Shown here: positions 6,343 through 15,955 of the stretch, piece after piece | Layout of the letters: the number at the start of each line of letters is the position of its first letter | How positions within the stretch are numbered: the first letter of the stretch is position 1 | Source: a virus | Taxonomy: Duplodnaviria; Caudoviricetes | Virus record (IMG/VR): IMGVR_UViG_3300012682_000012 | Span: 1 to 31,129 of that record | DNA length: 31,129 nucleotides | Reading direction: 5' to 3' (one strand) | Program-made: the position numbers and the translations under genes | The notes under the pieces: generated by a model | Database searches by the model: none | The model's input: the letters and a program-made list of their open reading frames with translations, nothing else | Told to the model about the DNA's origin: nothing

Positions 6343-6384
6343 TGGATACTGACGAACCATCCTACGAGACAGGAGACCCTAAAT

Positions 6385-6624
6385 ATGAGCGATGATAAAC
6401 CGAACGACAAACCAGATGATAAGAAAGTCTGGAGCAATGACCCGGCTGCCCCTCATAACAATCGACATCATCAAGGCCATTATCGTAGCTATGAGGACTG
6501 GGTAGAGCAAAGCGGCTTTCAGGGAACGGCTGACCCGGACATGACTAAGTACCCAGGAGAGGATGACCCGGATTATAAACCACGTAATAAGGCACGAACA
6601 GATGAACACAGCGACACAAAATGA
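6385..6624 (+). CDS. acidic hypothetical protein (79 aa)
   Basis: AGGAG SD; operon context. Confidence 0.6.
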   Translation: MSDDKPNDKPDDKKVWSNDPAAPHNNRHHQGHYRSYEDWVEQSGFQGTADPDMTKYPGEDDPDYKPRNKARTDEHSDTK

Positions 6625-6787
6625 GAGTATCCCGAAGAAATGGTGGATTGGCTACGACACTCAGCCGCTCAAAATCACCAGACAATCAAAGTACAGTCCG
6701 GACCTGCTTACCATACCGACTGTCTTAGCTGAGGTTGAGGATGGCGATATAGACCCACGGTTCGATCAAGACTTGGAAGGCAGTTGA
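6602..6787 (+). CDS. hypothetical protein (~61 aa)
   Basis: Fills the operon gap; start uncertain. Confidence 0.55.
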   Translation: MNTATQNESIPKKWWIGYDTQPLKITRQSKYSPDLLTIPTVLAEVEDGDIDPRFDQDLEGS

Positions 6788-6788
6788 T

Positions 6789-7187
6789 ATGGCTCAGCAC
6801 TACACCATAAGAGATGTCCGTAAAGGACAGGAAGTTGAAGACAACTACGGCAAGTATCAGAATTATGCTCTTGCACTGGAAGAACACGGCGAACCGGTAA
6901 AGCTGATGCTCAACATAGACAAGCCTGCTCCTAGGGTCGGAGATGTTGTCTACGGAAATCTGGAAGAGTTTGAGTCCGGGAGTAGGACCTACTACATGCT
7001 TAAGCCGTGTCCAAAGCCTGAGCAGCCACCTATCACAACTCAGGAGGCGATACAGAGCCAGTGGGCGATAGGGCAAGCTGTACAGTGTTATCTGGCTGGA
7101 GAACCTTCCGCAGAGGCATATGATAACATCGAGCGTGAAGCTAAACATTTTTACCGTATGATTAACAATATAAGAGGAGACGCATAA
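6789..7187 (+). CDS. hypothetical protein, possibly OB-fold ssDNA-binding
   Basis: Beta-rich N-terminus and helical C-terminus; adjacent to the SSB-like gene; function is inference only. Confidence 0.6.
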   Translation: MAQHYTIRDVRKGQEVEDNYGKYQNYALALEEHGEPVKLMLNIDKPAPRVGDVVYGNLEEFESGSRTYYMLKPCPKPEQPPITTQEAIQSQWAIGQAVQCYLAGEPSAEAYDNIEREAKHFYRMINNIRGDA

Positions 7188-7755
7188 TGAGCGACATATA
7201 CAAAACCCACGTACCACAATCAGGTGGAGGCGGTCTATATCTAAAGATTACCGACGGCCAGACTGTCAAACTACGGATAGTCAGTGAACCGGCTATATTT
7301 GAATCTGAAAGCCAGCCGGACGAACAAGGCCATACACGTATTTCCACCCGCTACGGCTGGTTGGTATGGAACCAGGACGAGCAGACACCTCAGATACTCC
7401 AGCAATCAGCTACGTTCTTCAAACAGCTTGCAGGGCTTGCTCAAGACGACGAATACGGCGATCCAACCGGATACGATATAAAAGTAAAACGTGACGGTAA
7501 CGGCCTCGATACCACTTACATGATTACCCCCAGTGCTAACCGTGATCCACTTGGAGCTAATGCTCAGAAGGAGCTACGGCTATCGACCTTCTTGAAAAAC
7601 TCAAGGCTTCGCCGTATGCACAGCACGTTATGTGGCTTGATGACGCTAAGAACAAACCAGCACCAAAGCCTGAAGCCGAGGACACACTGCTCAAGAAGAC
7701 TCCGCCGACTATAGACAGAGACGAACCTATTAACCTCGATGACATACCTTTCTAA
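7187..7755 (+). CDS. SSB-like protein with a -1 frameshift near 7561-7600
   Basis: YDIKVKRDGNGLDTTY core; the -1 frame continues AIDLLEKLK...EPINLDDIPF* (canonical SSB C-terminal tip) to TAA 7755. Confidence 0.75.
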
Positions 7756-7759
7756 CGCT

Positions 7760-7933
7760 ATGGCATTCAAACAACTCATACATCCCCTTGGATGGGGAGA
7801 TAAAGAACTAACCTGGCTCATATCCACTAACATGAACGCTACGAACATGTACCGGGCTATGGGATATAAAGGAACAGTGATTACTCCCCAATTCAAGGAG
7901 AGATTATATAAACTCGGATGGACTGGCAAATGA
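7760..7933 (+). CDS. small hypothetical protein (57 aa)
   Basis: ATG 4 nt after the corrected SSB stop; ATGA overlap downstream. Confidence 0.55.
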   Translation: MAFKQLIHPLGWGDKELTWLISTNMNATNMYRAMGYKGTVITPQFKERLYKLGWTGK

Positions 7934-8379
7934 GTAAACAGATGAGCTACCAAAGCCTACATGATTGGGTGAGAAAACAGCTAGGAACGCCAAGCCTATG
8001 TGTTATGTGTAAGACGACTACCGGAACATTTGACTGGTCTAATATAAGCCATGAATACAAGGCCGATATAAATGATTGGCAACGATTATGCCGTAAGTGT
8101 CACCATGCATTCGATAAAAAGTCTGATACATGGAAAGCAACTGTACTCAAGAAATATGGACGAGCCTGTCCTCGACTACCTATTGTTGATTTAGAAAAAG
8201 TCATGGCTGACCCTATATGGATTCGTCGTCACAACGGCCTGAGCTACCATAGCTGGCGGTTATCCGTCGATAGCGGTAGTTCAGCCAAGGACTTACAGCA
8301 GCAGTTCAATATAGGCAAGCAACGGGTACTGGAGTACTTACGGATTGATTATGAAGAACAACATGACCAACAAAAATGA
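7930..8379 (+). CDS. HNH-like endonuclease / Zn-finger protein
   Basis: YQSLHDWV...CVMC...WSNISHEY...DWQRLCRKCH; possible C-terminal HTH. Confidence 0.7.
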   Translation: MSKQMSYQSLHDWVRKQLGTPSLCVMCKTTTGTFDWSNISHEYKADINDWQRLCRKCHHAFDKKSDTWKATVLKKYGRACPRLPIVDLEKVMADPIWIRRHNGLSYHSWRLSVDSGSSAKDLQQQFNIGKQRVLEYLRIDYEEQHDQQK

Positions 8380-8989
8380 TGAACTAACGGCAATACTTAA
8401 CTGGCTAGTACAAGACCATCTTGACATACAAGGAATGGACTCTGAGAGCAAGGAAATATGGGAAAACGATAAACACGCTGCCATAGCTAAACTCCTACAG
8501 TGGCGAGCTGAGAGCGTTCTGGCTATATTGCCAGAGAAAAAGGACATGTCGGCTTATGAGGGTGTTACTGAAGATGGCGGTATAGATACAACTATTTATG
8601 ATGATATTGATGACGCCCGTGGTGTTAAAAATGGAGAAATGTTAGCTCATCTTTCTCAGTTTGTAGCCGATACCACTCATAACCAAACTACCGATGATAT
8701 AAAAGAGTTACTACTAGGCCACCAAGATAAAGACAGCCGTGAAGCACAAATGATTGTAACTCATAGAAATGAACAGGGTAAGCCCACTGTCTGGTGCGAC
8801 CCTGAAATTGTTGATTTAGTAAAAGCACTGAATGACGGCGGTGTTCCAACCATTGCCTCTTGTTCGGGCCATGGCGAGCGCAACGGTAATATCATGCTTA
8901 AAGATGGCCGTGAGTTAATAATTGCTAACGACTTTGATGATGCACGTTGTATTGAGAATAAAATAACAACGAGTCAGTGTAAATCTTGA
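8345..8989 (+). CDS. chimeric hypothetical protein with C-terminal D-x2-I-x2-LV-x2-LN...T-x2-SCSGH domain
   Basis: N-terminal half resembles 613-1146; the C-terminal motif resembles the TYW3/Taw3 N-terminal motif; true start probably ATG 8351 or 8363. Confidence 0.65.
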   Translation: MIMKNNMTNKNDELTAILNWLVQDHLDIQGMDSESKEIWENDKHAAIAKLLQWRAESVLAILPEKKDMSAYEGVTEDGGIDTTIYDDIDDARGVKNGEMLAHLSQFVADTTHNQTTDDIKELLLGHQDKDSREAQMIVTHRNEQGKPTVWCDPEIVDLVKALNDGGVPTIASCSGHGERNGNIMLKDGRELIIANDFDDARCIENKITTSQCKS

Positions 8990-9063
8990 CTTCTGCATAA
9001 CCAGTATGATAAGTAATAGATAGCGACAAAGCTAAAACAAAAAACAAAACAAAAGGAACTATT

Positions 9064-9159
9064 ATGACTCGAAAACTACGAGTAATCTATAAAGCTCATC
9101 AGGATCACATTGCTGTACACCGGATACTGACGACTGCTAACGAAGCCTATATATTTTAG
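9064..9159 (+). CDS. small hypothetical protein (31 aa)
   Basis: AAAGGA SD in an A-rich leader. Confidence 0.45.
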   Translation: MTRKLRVIYKAHQDHIAVHRILTTANEAYIF

Positions 9160-9186
9160 TAAGTATAAGCTGTATAATCCACCTAT

Positions 9187-9528
9187 ATGAATAAGCCAAA
9201 ATTACCAGCCATCACATTACCAAAGTACTTAAACAAAACAGTTTTACTTGTAGCAGTCGCTGCACTCGTCGTACTCAGTCTCATCGTATTCGGAGTTGTC
9301 CGGAGTGTCCAGGCTGAGCGTGTGGCGAACATACAGGCCACTGAGAGCCGTTTGCAACGAGAAGCTGAAGCAAAAGAGCTTGTAGCACTTAGGGCTGAGG
9401 TAGGCAAGCTGAAAAACGCTAACAACTTCCAGACTGCTAAGAGCGAGAGTGTCTGTGATTGGGTACGCTCGACACAGCCACGGTACCGCTACACAGTGCC
9501 GCCACTCTGCCAGCTTCCTAAGAACTAA
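9187..9528 (+). CDS. membrane-anchored coiled-coil protein
   Basis: N-terminal TM, coiled coil, two C-terminal Cys; TATAAT 8 nt before the ATG. Confidence 0.75.
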   Translation: MNKPKLPAITLPKYLNKTVLLVAVAALVVLSLIVFGVVRSVQAERVANIQATESRLQREAEAKELVALRAEVGKLKNANNFQTAKSESVCDWVRSTQPRYRYTVPPLCQLPKN

Positions 9529-9531
9529 CAT

Positions 9532-9825
9532 ATGTTTATTATCACATTTCTAGCCGACAACTTATATGCCGGATTACTCGGAGTCTGGTGGATTATGGGT
9601 GTATATGTGCCTCATTACTCCTGGGCTGAATACGGCGGCTTACTGAAAGGCTTCCTCTGGCTGATACCGGCTCGTATTGCTTACGGTGTGTTCTTCCCTG
9701 AGAAGGTTGTTATTAAACAGGCTAAGCGGCGTGTCGGCTTGTATCGCCGGTCATCTAAGGTCAAGCCGTCAAAGACCGACCATCAGTTAGCTTCGGCAGC
9801 TATATTCAATAGTATTCACCATTAG
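9532..9825 (+). CDS. membrane protein (97 aa)
   Basis: Hydrophobic N-terminal half and basic tail. Confidence 0.65.
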   Translation: MFIITFLADNLYAGLLGVWWIMGVYVPHYSWAEYGGLLKGFLWLIPARIAYGVFFPEKVVIKQAKRRVGLYRRSSKVKPSKTDHQLASAAIFNSIHH

Positions 9826-9830
9826 AGACA

Positions 9831-10331
9831 TCACAATTGAAGGAGTTTGGATTTATCCACACCGGCTGACGCTGACCCGAACGATTGGGAGCTTGTAATC
9901 GGTTGCTGTATAGCCTGTATCTGTGGGCTAAGGTCAGGTAAACCACTTAAGAAGTCAGTCTTTTTCTGGGCTTTCTTTTCCTGAAAGTGTTTTTTGAGGG
10001 CTGTAGCAACGGCATGTACGGCGATAGCTCCGGCGGATATCTGAGCCCAGTGGGTAGACATGAAGGGCAGGAACGGAGCGAAGTTAGTCCCTTGGGTAAT
10101 CACGAAGTTAGCAACCGTTAGCAGTGCCGACCAGAAGGCAACGTTTAGGACGATGAACTCACTAGCAAGCTTCTCAGCGTACTTCCTGAGGTGTCTCCGC
10201 TTAACGTAAGCTACGATACCGATAACCGCTGGAATCGAAGCCAGCAGTACTCCAAGGGCATACCATGAATGGGCTGGTACGCCGTTTACATAGTCCAGCA
10301 CGTAGCCCAGTATCTTAATAAGTGAGTCCAT
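9831..10331 (-). CDS. putative holin
   Basis: About 3 TM helices; TAATG-coupled to the endolysin. Confidence 0.6.
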   Translation of the reverse strand: MDSLIKILGYVLDYVNGVPAHSWYALGVLLASIPAVIGIVAYVKRRHLRKYAEKLASEFIVLNVAFWSALLTVANFVITQGTNFAPFLPFMSTHWAQISAGAIAVHAVATALKKHFQEKKAQKKTDFLSGLPDLSPQIQAIQQPITSSQSFGSASAGVDKSKLLQL

Positions 10332-11824
10332 TATTTCTTCCTTCTGGCACTAAAGCCGTCTAATACTTGTTTTGAATTATTCTTAATAAATACCTGACTC
10401 TTAACAATTACCGGTAGTGCCTTGGTATAGAGGTCTTTAGCAGGGGTCATGATGAATGCTAGGTCGTAGACGTTTATTTTACCGTCGTCGTTGGTATCAA
10501 GTGCCTGACGTATCGGCCTGTCTTCTACCTCTTCCATGAGGTCTTTGTAGATGCCGTATAGCTTGCCACGTTTGAACTCTGAATCCGGTATCAGGTAGGT
10601 GTTACCGTTTATCATGGCGTACCGACTGATAGGACCTTGGGCATTCGGTGGCAGGTTGAGGGTTTCACTGTGATTTTCAAGGTTGCTAATAACAGCCGAC
10701 TTAAAACCTTTATACCTGAATACTGTCGGTTGCTGGTCTTCGTTGTACCAGAACCATTTAACCTCTGGTACTTCCGGCAGGACTTCTACAGGTTTGGTGA
10801 TAATCTCTATGACTGGCGGTTCAGGTAATGGGATGATAATCGGTAGCTTGTTGTCGTCGAGGTTCACCCACCAGTCACGGTCAGTCATGTTCTTATCTGA
10901 TATCTTGTAGAACTTCTCAACCTTTTCATGGACATAGTAGGTAGTGTTCGGCTCGATGTTTACTTCCAGATGCATGTTCCATTTCATTCGGGCATCAGTC
11001 AGGGACGGGTAGCACATCATAGATACCATGAAGTTGACCGTTTCAGCTGGTTTGACTTGTACTGGTGGAGCAGGGGGGATGTACGGCGGTGGTGGCGGAG
11101 GTGTGTAATCAGCACAGTCGAGTGTATTATAGCCATCTACCTGACCGGATTCCCGGTAATAATCATAGCCGGTGTAGTTGTGATGAACTTTATCATAGAC
11201 GGTTTTAATCTCACCGGCTCCGTGTGTCTCGACTGGATTCTTAGCCATGAAGTCAAAGCTGGTATAGTTCATGCCCCACTTATAAGTCGGCTGTTTCGTG
11301 AGTGTAATCTGTTTACCTAATGGATAAGTCTCAGTGATGGTGTGCGGTGGAGCGGCTGGGGCAGGGGACGGTACCGGAGCTGATGGAGTTGGGCGTAACA
11401 TACCGGCGATTCGTGACCTTGCAACGAAGCGAAGCCGGATAGCGTCACCACCAGTACCAGTACCATTACCGGTCTGTCCATTCTGCTCTAGTATTTCAAC
11501 AAGTGTCGGAGTCAGTCCACCGCTGGCTATGCCGATATGTCCGTAGGTATTGCCATTGACTCCCCACAGTACGACTATATCGCCCTTTTGAGCCTGTGCG
11601 TTGCTGACTTGGTTGAAGCCTGTCAGTATCTCCGGCTTGGTCTGTGTCCAGAAGTGGATAGCATTACCCGGCCAGTCAGATCGAATGCCTTTAGTTTCAA
11701 TCATGTACTGTTTGACTAAGCTGACGCATTGATGTGACGTCTGTGCTGTTTCACCATTACCAATAAGTAACGGATCTGATATCCGTTTACCGAGCCATCT
11801 ATCCCTGAAACTGTCGAAGTTCAA
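10331..11824 (-). CDS. CHAP-domain endolysin (497 aa)
   Basis: QCVSLVKQY / GNA / YGHIGI / LEQNG CHAP motifs; Pro-rich linkers; AAGGA 7 nt before the TTG. Confidence 0.85.
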   Translation of the reverse strand: MNFDSFRDRWLGKRISDPLLIGNGETAQTSHQCVSLVKQYMIETKGIRSDWPGNAIHFWTQTKPEILTGFNQVSNAQAQKGDIVVLWGVNGNTYGHIGIASGGLTPTLVEILEQNGQTGNGTGTGGDAIRLRFVARSRIAGMLRPTPSAPVPSPAPAAPPHTITETYPLGKQITLTKQPTYKWGMNYTSFDFMAKNPVETHGAGEIKTVYDKVHHNYTGYDYYRESGQVDGYNTLDCADYTPPPPPPYIPPAPPVQVKPAETVNFMVSMMCYPSLTDARMKWNMHLEVNIEPNTTYYVHEKVEKFYKISDKNMTDRDWWVNLDDNKLPIIIPLPEPPVIEIITKPVEVLPEVPEVKWFWYNEDQQPTVFRYKGFKSAVISNLENHSETLNLPPNAQGPISRYAMINGNTYLIPDSEFKRGKLYGIYKDLMEEVEDRPIRQALDTNDDGKINVYDLAFIMTPAKDLYTKALPVIVKSQVFIKNNSKQVLDGFSARRKK

Positions 11825-11852
11825 TTCATAATCCTTATGTTATATTATCATA

Positions 11853-11942
11853 CTACCGACACTCAGTACCAAGGTGCTTGCAACGGTATCCGGATGCTGT
11901 CTTATGGCACCCAAGCAGTGAATGTAATAATCGTATAAACAT
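11853..11942 (-). CDS. putative Cys/His micro-protein (29 aa)
   Basis: MFIRLLHSLLGCHKTASGYRCKHLGTECR fills the gap, starting 5 nt after the upstream stop. Confidence 0.4.
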   Translation of the reverse strand: MFIRLLHSLLGCHKTASGYRCKHLGTECR

Positions 11943-11947
11943 GATTA

Positions 11948-12418
11948 TTAAGCCTGTATCTCGTAATCAACCCAGCCGATAAAGGTAGCAGAAGCAAGGA
12001 ACTTCATACCGTAAGGCAAGCTGGTACCTGTGGTAAGACTAACCTTGAGGCCATGCTGAGAGTCATCGGCAAAATTACAGGACAGCGTAGCCTTTACATA
12101 GTTTGTACCGATTGTCGTAATGCCGACCGGCAGTGAAGGATTGGCAACAGTAAAGTACTCGCCGGAAACTTTAGTCACTGAAAATGTCACCCGTTTGCTG
12201 TAGGTCTTCCAAGTTCCGTAATCGTAAACCGTCCAGCCGTTGACATCGGTTGACTTTATCATAAATGTCGTTTTAGCAGGAGTAACGGCGTTGTTAGCTA
12301 TATTCGTGCTATCTATACCACCATTAACAACAGCAGCAATCTGGTTAATAGGATTATTGATGTCACTGGCGTCTATGGTGTCGCCTGGGTTTGATTGACT
12401 TGGTGATACGAGACTCAT
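11948..12418 (-). CDS. short tail fibre / tail accessory protein
   Basis: N-terminal GDTIDASDINN anchor-like segment, IANNAVTPAK repeat-type motif, beta-rich C-terminus. Confidence 0.6.
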   Translation of the reverse strand: MSLVSPSQSNPGDTIDASDINNPINQIAAVVNGGIDSTNIANNAVTPAKTTFMIKSTDVNGWTVYDYGTWKTYSKRVTFSVTKVSGEYFTVANPSLPVGITTIGTNYVKATLSCNFADDSQHGLKVSLTTGTSLPYGMKFLASATFIGWVDYEIQA

Positions 12419-12432
12419 GTATATTTTCTCCG

Positions 12433-14520
12433 TTATCTAAGGGCGCTAATTAAATCTTCGGTATCAGTTTCAGCACTAGACATACCAGTACCGTCTGCAA
12501 TACTCTGCAAATAACCTCTTACGGTCGCTAGTTTTTGTGCTCTTACTGCTGGGCTATCACTGGCTTGAGGCAACTGTGCCCTGAACGTTCGCATTTCGTC
12601 TTTTGTTGCAGCTGCTCCGGTACGCATACGGACGATAGTATCGGCTATGTTATCAGCAGCAGCGTCAAATGAAGCAGTACCAAGGACGTTTTGACCTAGA
12701 CCGCCGAGTAGCCCCCTGCCAGCCACTACAGTGCCTTTAGGGACGCCGCCATTATTTATAATTGATTCAAGCGTGTTCAAGCTGTCTATACCGCTGTTAG
12801 CTGTAGCAAGCTGTTTAGCAGCTGTAGCACTAATTGGCTTAGCGGTAGGATTAGACATTGACTGTAGCTCCTGCATAGTGCTGACAACACCTAGATAGTC
12901 TTTCACGTCGTCCATATTGCCACCGTTAGCTAGTATCTGTTGTATGCTGGCGTTAGCGTTAGCAGGGTTGAATGGGTTACTGGCGTCAACCTCTGTTTCA
13001 GCATTAGCGTTATCATTGAAACTTTGAGATAATGAATCTATGGAAATATTAGGCGGCATAGTACTCGTATTAGTCGTATCACTAGTCTGCATACTGTTCC
13101 CTGATTGATTGCCTGTAAGGGCATTTACAAGGGGAGTTCCTACTGCTGTTCTGGCAGTCAATTTCTTTATACCTCCAAGATTGTCTAATCCCTGCATAGC
13201 TGTACCGGCAGTTTGACTTGTTACTCTTCCGGCTGCTCTGTTTGCTAGCTTATCAGCTCCCTTGGCAAGCATTGAACGCCCGGCACTGCTGTTAACCATC
13301 TGGGCGGTAGCACCAGCTGCTAATCCGGCAGGGCCACCACTAGCAGTCATAACGGCCGGTATAAGTCCAAACGGACTGCTTCCAGCACCAACACGACTCT
13401 TTTTATCTGCCTGTTCAAGTAATGACTTGAGATTGTTCAGTTCTTCTCCAAGATCTCCAACTTTGGTACTCTTATATCCAAGCTTAGACAGTCCAGCGTC
13501 AGCTTTTATACCTGCCTTGTCGGCGGCATCGTTAATGCTGCCCCTGAATCCTTTAGATACCCGGTTGAGTATTTCATTGGCATTACGACTAACCGTGTCG
13601 GTTGCTTCGTAGTTAACCCGTCCGGCAATCTCGCTTTTAACGGCATTTAGTTCTGTGGCTGATATATTATCGCCGAAATTATCGAGTACACCCTTAGCTT
13701 CTTTGAGTACGTCCTTAGCAAACGCTTGGCTAGCTGGAACCTTACTACCGGCTTCTTTGGAAATCTGTGCCTGTATCTGCTTATATACTTCAACTTTTGG
13801 TATAGTACCGATTGATTCAACTGCACCACTATAGGCACTGAAACCAGGCTTGAGTACTTGCTCGTCAGCTCCCTTGACGCCGTAGCTTGGTATCTTGAAA
13901 CGGCGGAGTGTTTCGCCGACTTCTTCGCCTGTACGGTTAGCGTGTTTGGTTGCAAATCCGCTTTCGTTCAGCCTCATACCACGCTGGGCTAGGCCATCAG
14001 CTAGGCCGTTCAGTTTATTAGCAACCCTACCCGGTGTCTTCTGGGCTGTTGCCTTGGTTCCACCGGCAAGGAGAGCATCAGTCAGTCCCTGTTTGCCAAC
14101 TGTCGCAGCTTTGGCTGCCGTACCTGCTCCCTTGAGTAGTCTAAGTGGCCCAGCTCCCATGACTCCAGAAATAGCACCCTCAGTCAATGCCGATTTGGCT
14201 GAGCCGCCTTCTCCTAAGAAGTTTTGATCGTCACGAACTTTATTCTCAATACCACGTCCGACAGTACCGCCACCGAAACCGCCGATCAATGCTCCGGCCA
14301 GTCCACCGATAGCCGTACCAAGTACAGGAACTACGGAACCAAGACCAGCACCAATAGCTGCACCACCTAAAGCACCACCAGTACCACCGGCTTCACTTAT
14401 AAAGCTCGTAAGTGAACCGCCACGGCCTTTTCTCTTACCACTCGTAGATGCTTGCCTCCTCGGAGTTTCAAAGTTTACAGGTTGATAATTGGCTGCTAAT
14501 GCGTTTAAGTCATATCCCAT
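12433..14520 (-). CDS. DNA ejection / internal virion protein (695 aa)
   Basis: Gly/Ala-rich and helical, with a glycine-zipper segment; located after the tail genes in a podovirus layout. Confidence 0.65.
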   Translation of the reverse strand: MGYDLNALAANYQPVNFETPRRQASTSGKRKGRGGSLTSFISEAGGTGGALGGAAIGAGLGSVVPVLGTAIGGLAGALIGGFGGGTVGRGIENKVRDDQNFLGEGGSAKSALTEGAISGVMGAGPLRLLKGAGTAAKAATVGKQGLTDALLAGGTKATAQKTPGRVANKLNGLADGLAQRGMRLNESGFATKHANRTGEEVGETLRRFKIPSYGVKGADEQVLKPGFSAYSGAVESIGTIPKVEVYKQIQAQISKEAGSKVPASQAFAKDVLKEAKGVLDNFGDNISATELNAVKSEIAGRVNYEATDTVSRNANEILNRVSKGFRGSINDAADKAGIKADAGLSKLGYKSTKVGDLGEELNNLKSLLEQADKKSRVGAGSSPFGLIPAVMTASGGPAGLAAGATAQMVNSSAGRSMLAKGADKLANRAAGRVTSQTAGTAMQGLDNLGGIKKLTARTAVGTPLVNALTGNQSGNSMQTSDTTNTSTMPPNISIDSLSQSFNDNANAETEVDASNPFNPANANASIQQILANGGNMDDVKDYLGVVSTMQELQSMSNPTAKPISATAAKQLATANSGIDSLNTLESIINNGGVPKGTVVAGRGLLGGLGQNVLGTASFDAAADNIADTIVRMRTGAAATKDEMRTFRAQLPQASDSPAVRAQKLATVRGYLQSIADGTGMSSAETDTEDLISALR

Positions 14521-14522
14521 AA

Positions 14523-15254
14523 TTAAAACCTCAACTTACTACCGTTAGATAACACACCAGCGTTAACCGTCTTGAATAGGTCAGGTCTGAGTTGCATATA
14601 CAGGTCAATTTTCGCCTTGTCCTTCTGATTGCCCCTGACAGCACTAGCCATCGTTGCTTTGTAATCGCTTTTAAGTTGAGCGTCACTTTGTTGTTGGACA
14701 CGACCAAATACATCATTATAAGCGGCTTGCTGTACTGGGTTAGTCTTTGGAGCCGCTTGCTGTTGTTGTCTCTGTTGTGGATTTCCACCGCCGAGTAATG
14801 ATGACAAGCTTGAACCACCGGAACTTGCCTCAGCCCTTGCCCGCTGTGCATCAGCACGAGCCAGAGCATCCTGTTCCCTTTGGTATTCCATAGCATCACG
14901 TTGCTGTTTGACGCCCATAGCCGTCTTACGTTGGTCGAGATTCACGTCATTAAGAGCGTCACCGAGTGATTGACGCTGTGAGATGTACTTACCTTTGAGT
15001 TGAGCAACTGCCGGTAAGAACTGTGTAGCGGTATACTTCTGCTGTTCGGCTATCGGAGCGCCACCGTAGAACGTACCACGGCCTATAGCACTCTGAGTAA
15101 TGCCGTCAAAGGCTTCTGTCTGTTGTCCCTTGAGTCCGGCTACATCAGCTTGTTCCTGTCCTTGTAATGCCCCGATACGGTCATTGATGGACTGTCGTGA
15201 TGGGTTATATGAGGCGTCCAGTTCTCGTATGATACCGTCTAAATCTGCAGCCAC
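14523..15254 (-). CDS. DNA ejection / internal virion protein (243 aa)
   Basis: Gln/Ala-rich coiled coil, RGTFYGG motif, gene position. Confidence 0.6.
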   Translation of the reverse strand: MAADLDGIIRELDASYNPSRQSINDRIGALQGQEQADVAGLKGQQTEAFDGITQSAIGRGTFYGGAPIAEQQKYTATQFLPAVAQLKGKYISQRQSLGDALNDVNLDQRKTAMGVKQQRDAMEYQREQDALARADAQRARAEASSGGSSLSSLLGGGNPQQRQQQQAAPKTNPVQQAAYNDVFGRVQQQSDAQLKSDYKATMASAVRGNQKDKAKIDLYMQLRPDLFKTVNAGVLSNGSKLRF

Positions 15255-15265
15255 GTTTTACATCA

Positions 15266-15298
15266 ATCGACTTACTCTGTATATGTGGGAGTATACCA
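15266..15298 (-). promoter_or_regulatory. conserved late promoter plus leader, copy 1
   Basis: TGGTATACT-N5-ATATACAGAGTAAGTCGAT on the minus strand. Confidence 0.8.
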
Positions 15299-15328
15299 TA
15301 ATGCTTATATCTATCACAAACATACGGG

Positions 15329-15955
15329 TTAGTTGGCCGTTTCCTGTAAAAGATAGTATGTCAGAGGTACTGACAGTATCGTATCTGCCGCTCCACTCGT
15401 CACACTGGATGAAGCCTGTATAGTTAAATTAGTAGCATCTACACCATATAGAATGGTTAATTTTACGGCAGAACCGCTAAACGTATCAAACCAATAAGCA
15501 TTATTTGAACTTGATGAAACTACTGGAAGTGGAATACGGCCACTAGATATTAATAATGATGTTGAAAAGTCCAAAATCTTACCAGCGACGTAAGCCTGTA
15601 TTATTGGCGTATACGACAAACCATGAGGAATGACTAACTTAACATAATTTACTTGCCCTGTTCCGTAGAGAAAAGCTGGTATCTGTGTATCAGACTTGGT
15701 AACAACTTTGAAAGAGTTCTGAGCACTGTTGAAATATAAATCTGCATCATTGGCAGAAGTTACGTCTATTCCCGTCTTAGACACTTTAATACGACTATTA
15801 CCGGTACTATCAAGGCCAATCAAAATACTTGGTATACCGTTTCTGTCCTTGTATATCTTAGTAACATTCTCATTAGCCAACTGAGCAAAGTTCTTGTTCA
15901 TCATGGCTATCTGCTGATTAGTAGCAGTATTACCCGGTATCTTATCGAATGCCAT
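15329..15955 (-). CDS. tail-associated protein (208 aa)
   Basis: IKVSKTGIDVTSA...LYFNS and IPHGLSYTP motifs typical of tail proteins; coupled to the nozzle gene. Confidence 0.65.
   Translation of the reverse strand: MAFDKIPGNTATNQQIAMMNKNFAQLANENVTKIYKDRNGIPSILIGLDSTGNSRIKVSKTGIDVTSANDADLYFNSAQNSFKVVTKSDTQIPAFLYGTGQVNYVKLVIPHGLSYTPIIQAYVAGKILDFSTSLLISSGRIPLPVVSSSSNNAYWFDTFSGSAVKLTILYGVDATNLTIQASSSVTSGAADTILSVPLTYYLLQETAN

Noticed and set aside
9187-9528. Spanin call for the TM plus coiled-coil protein
   Set aside because: It lies opposite the lysis cassette and has no convincing partner lipoprotein.
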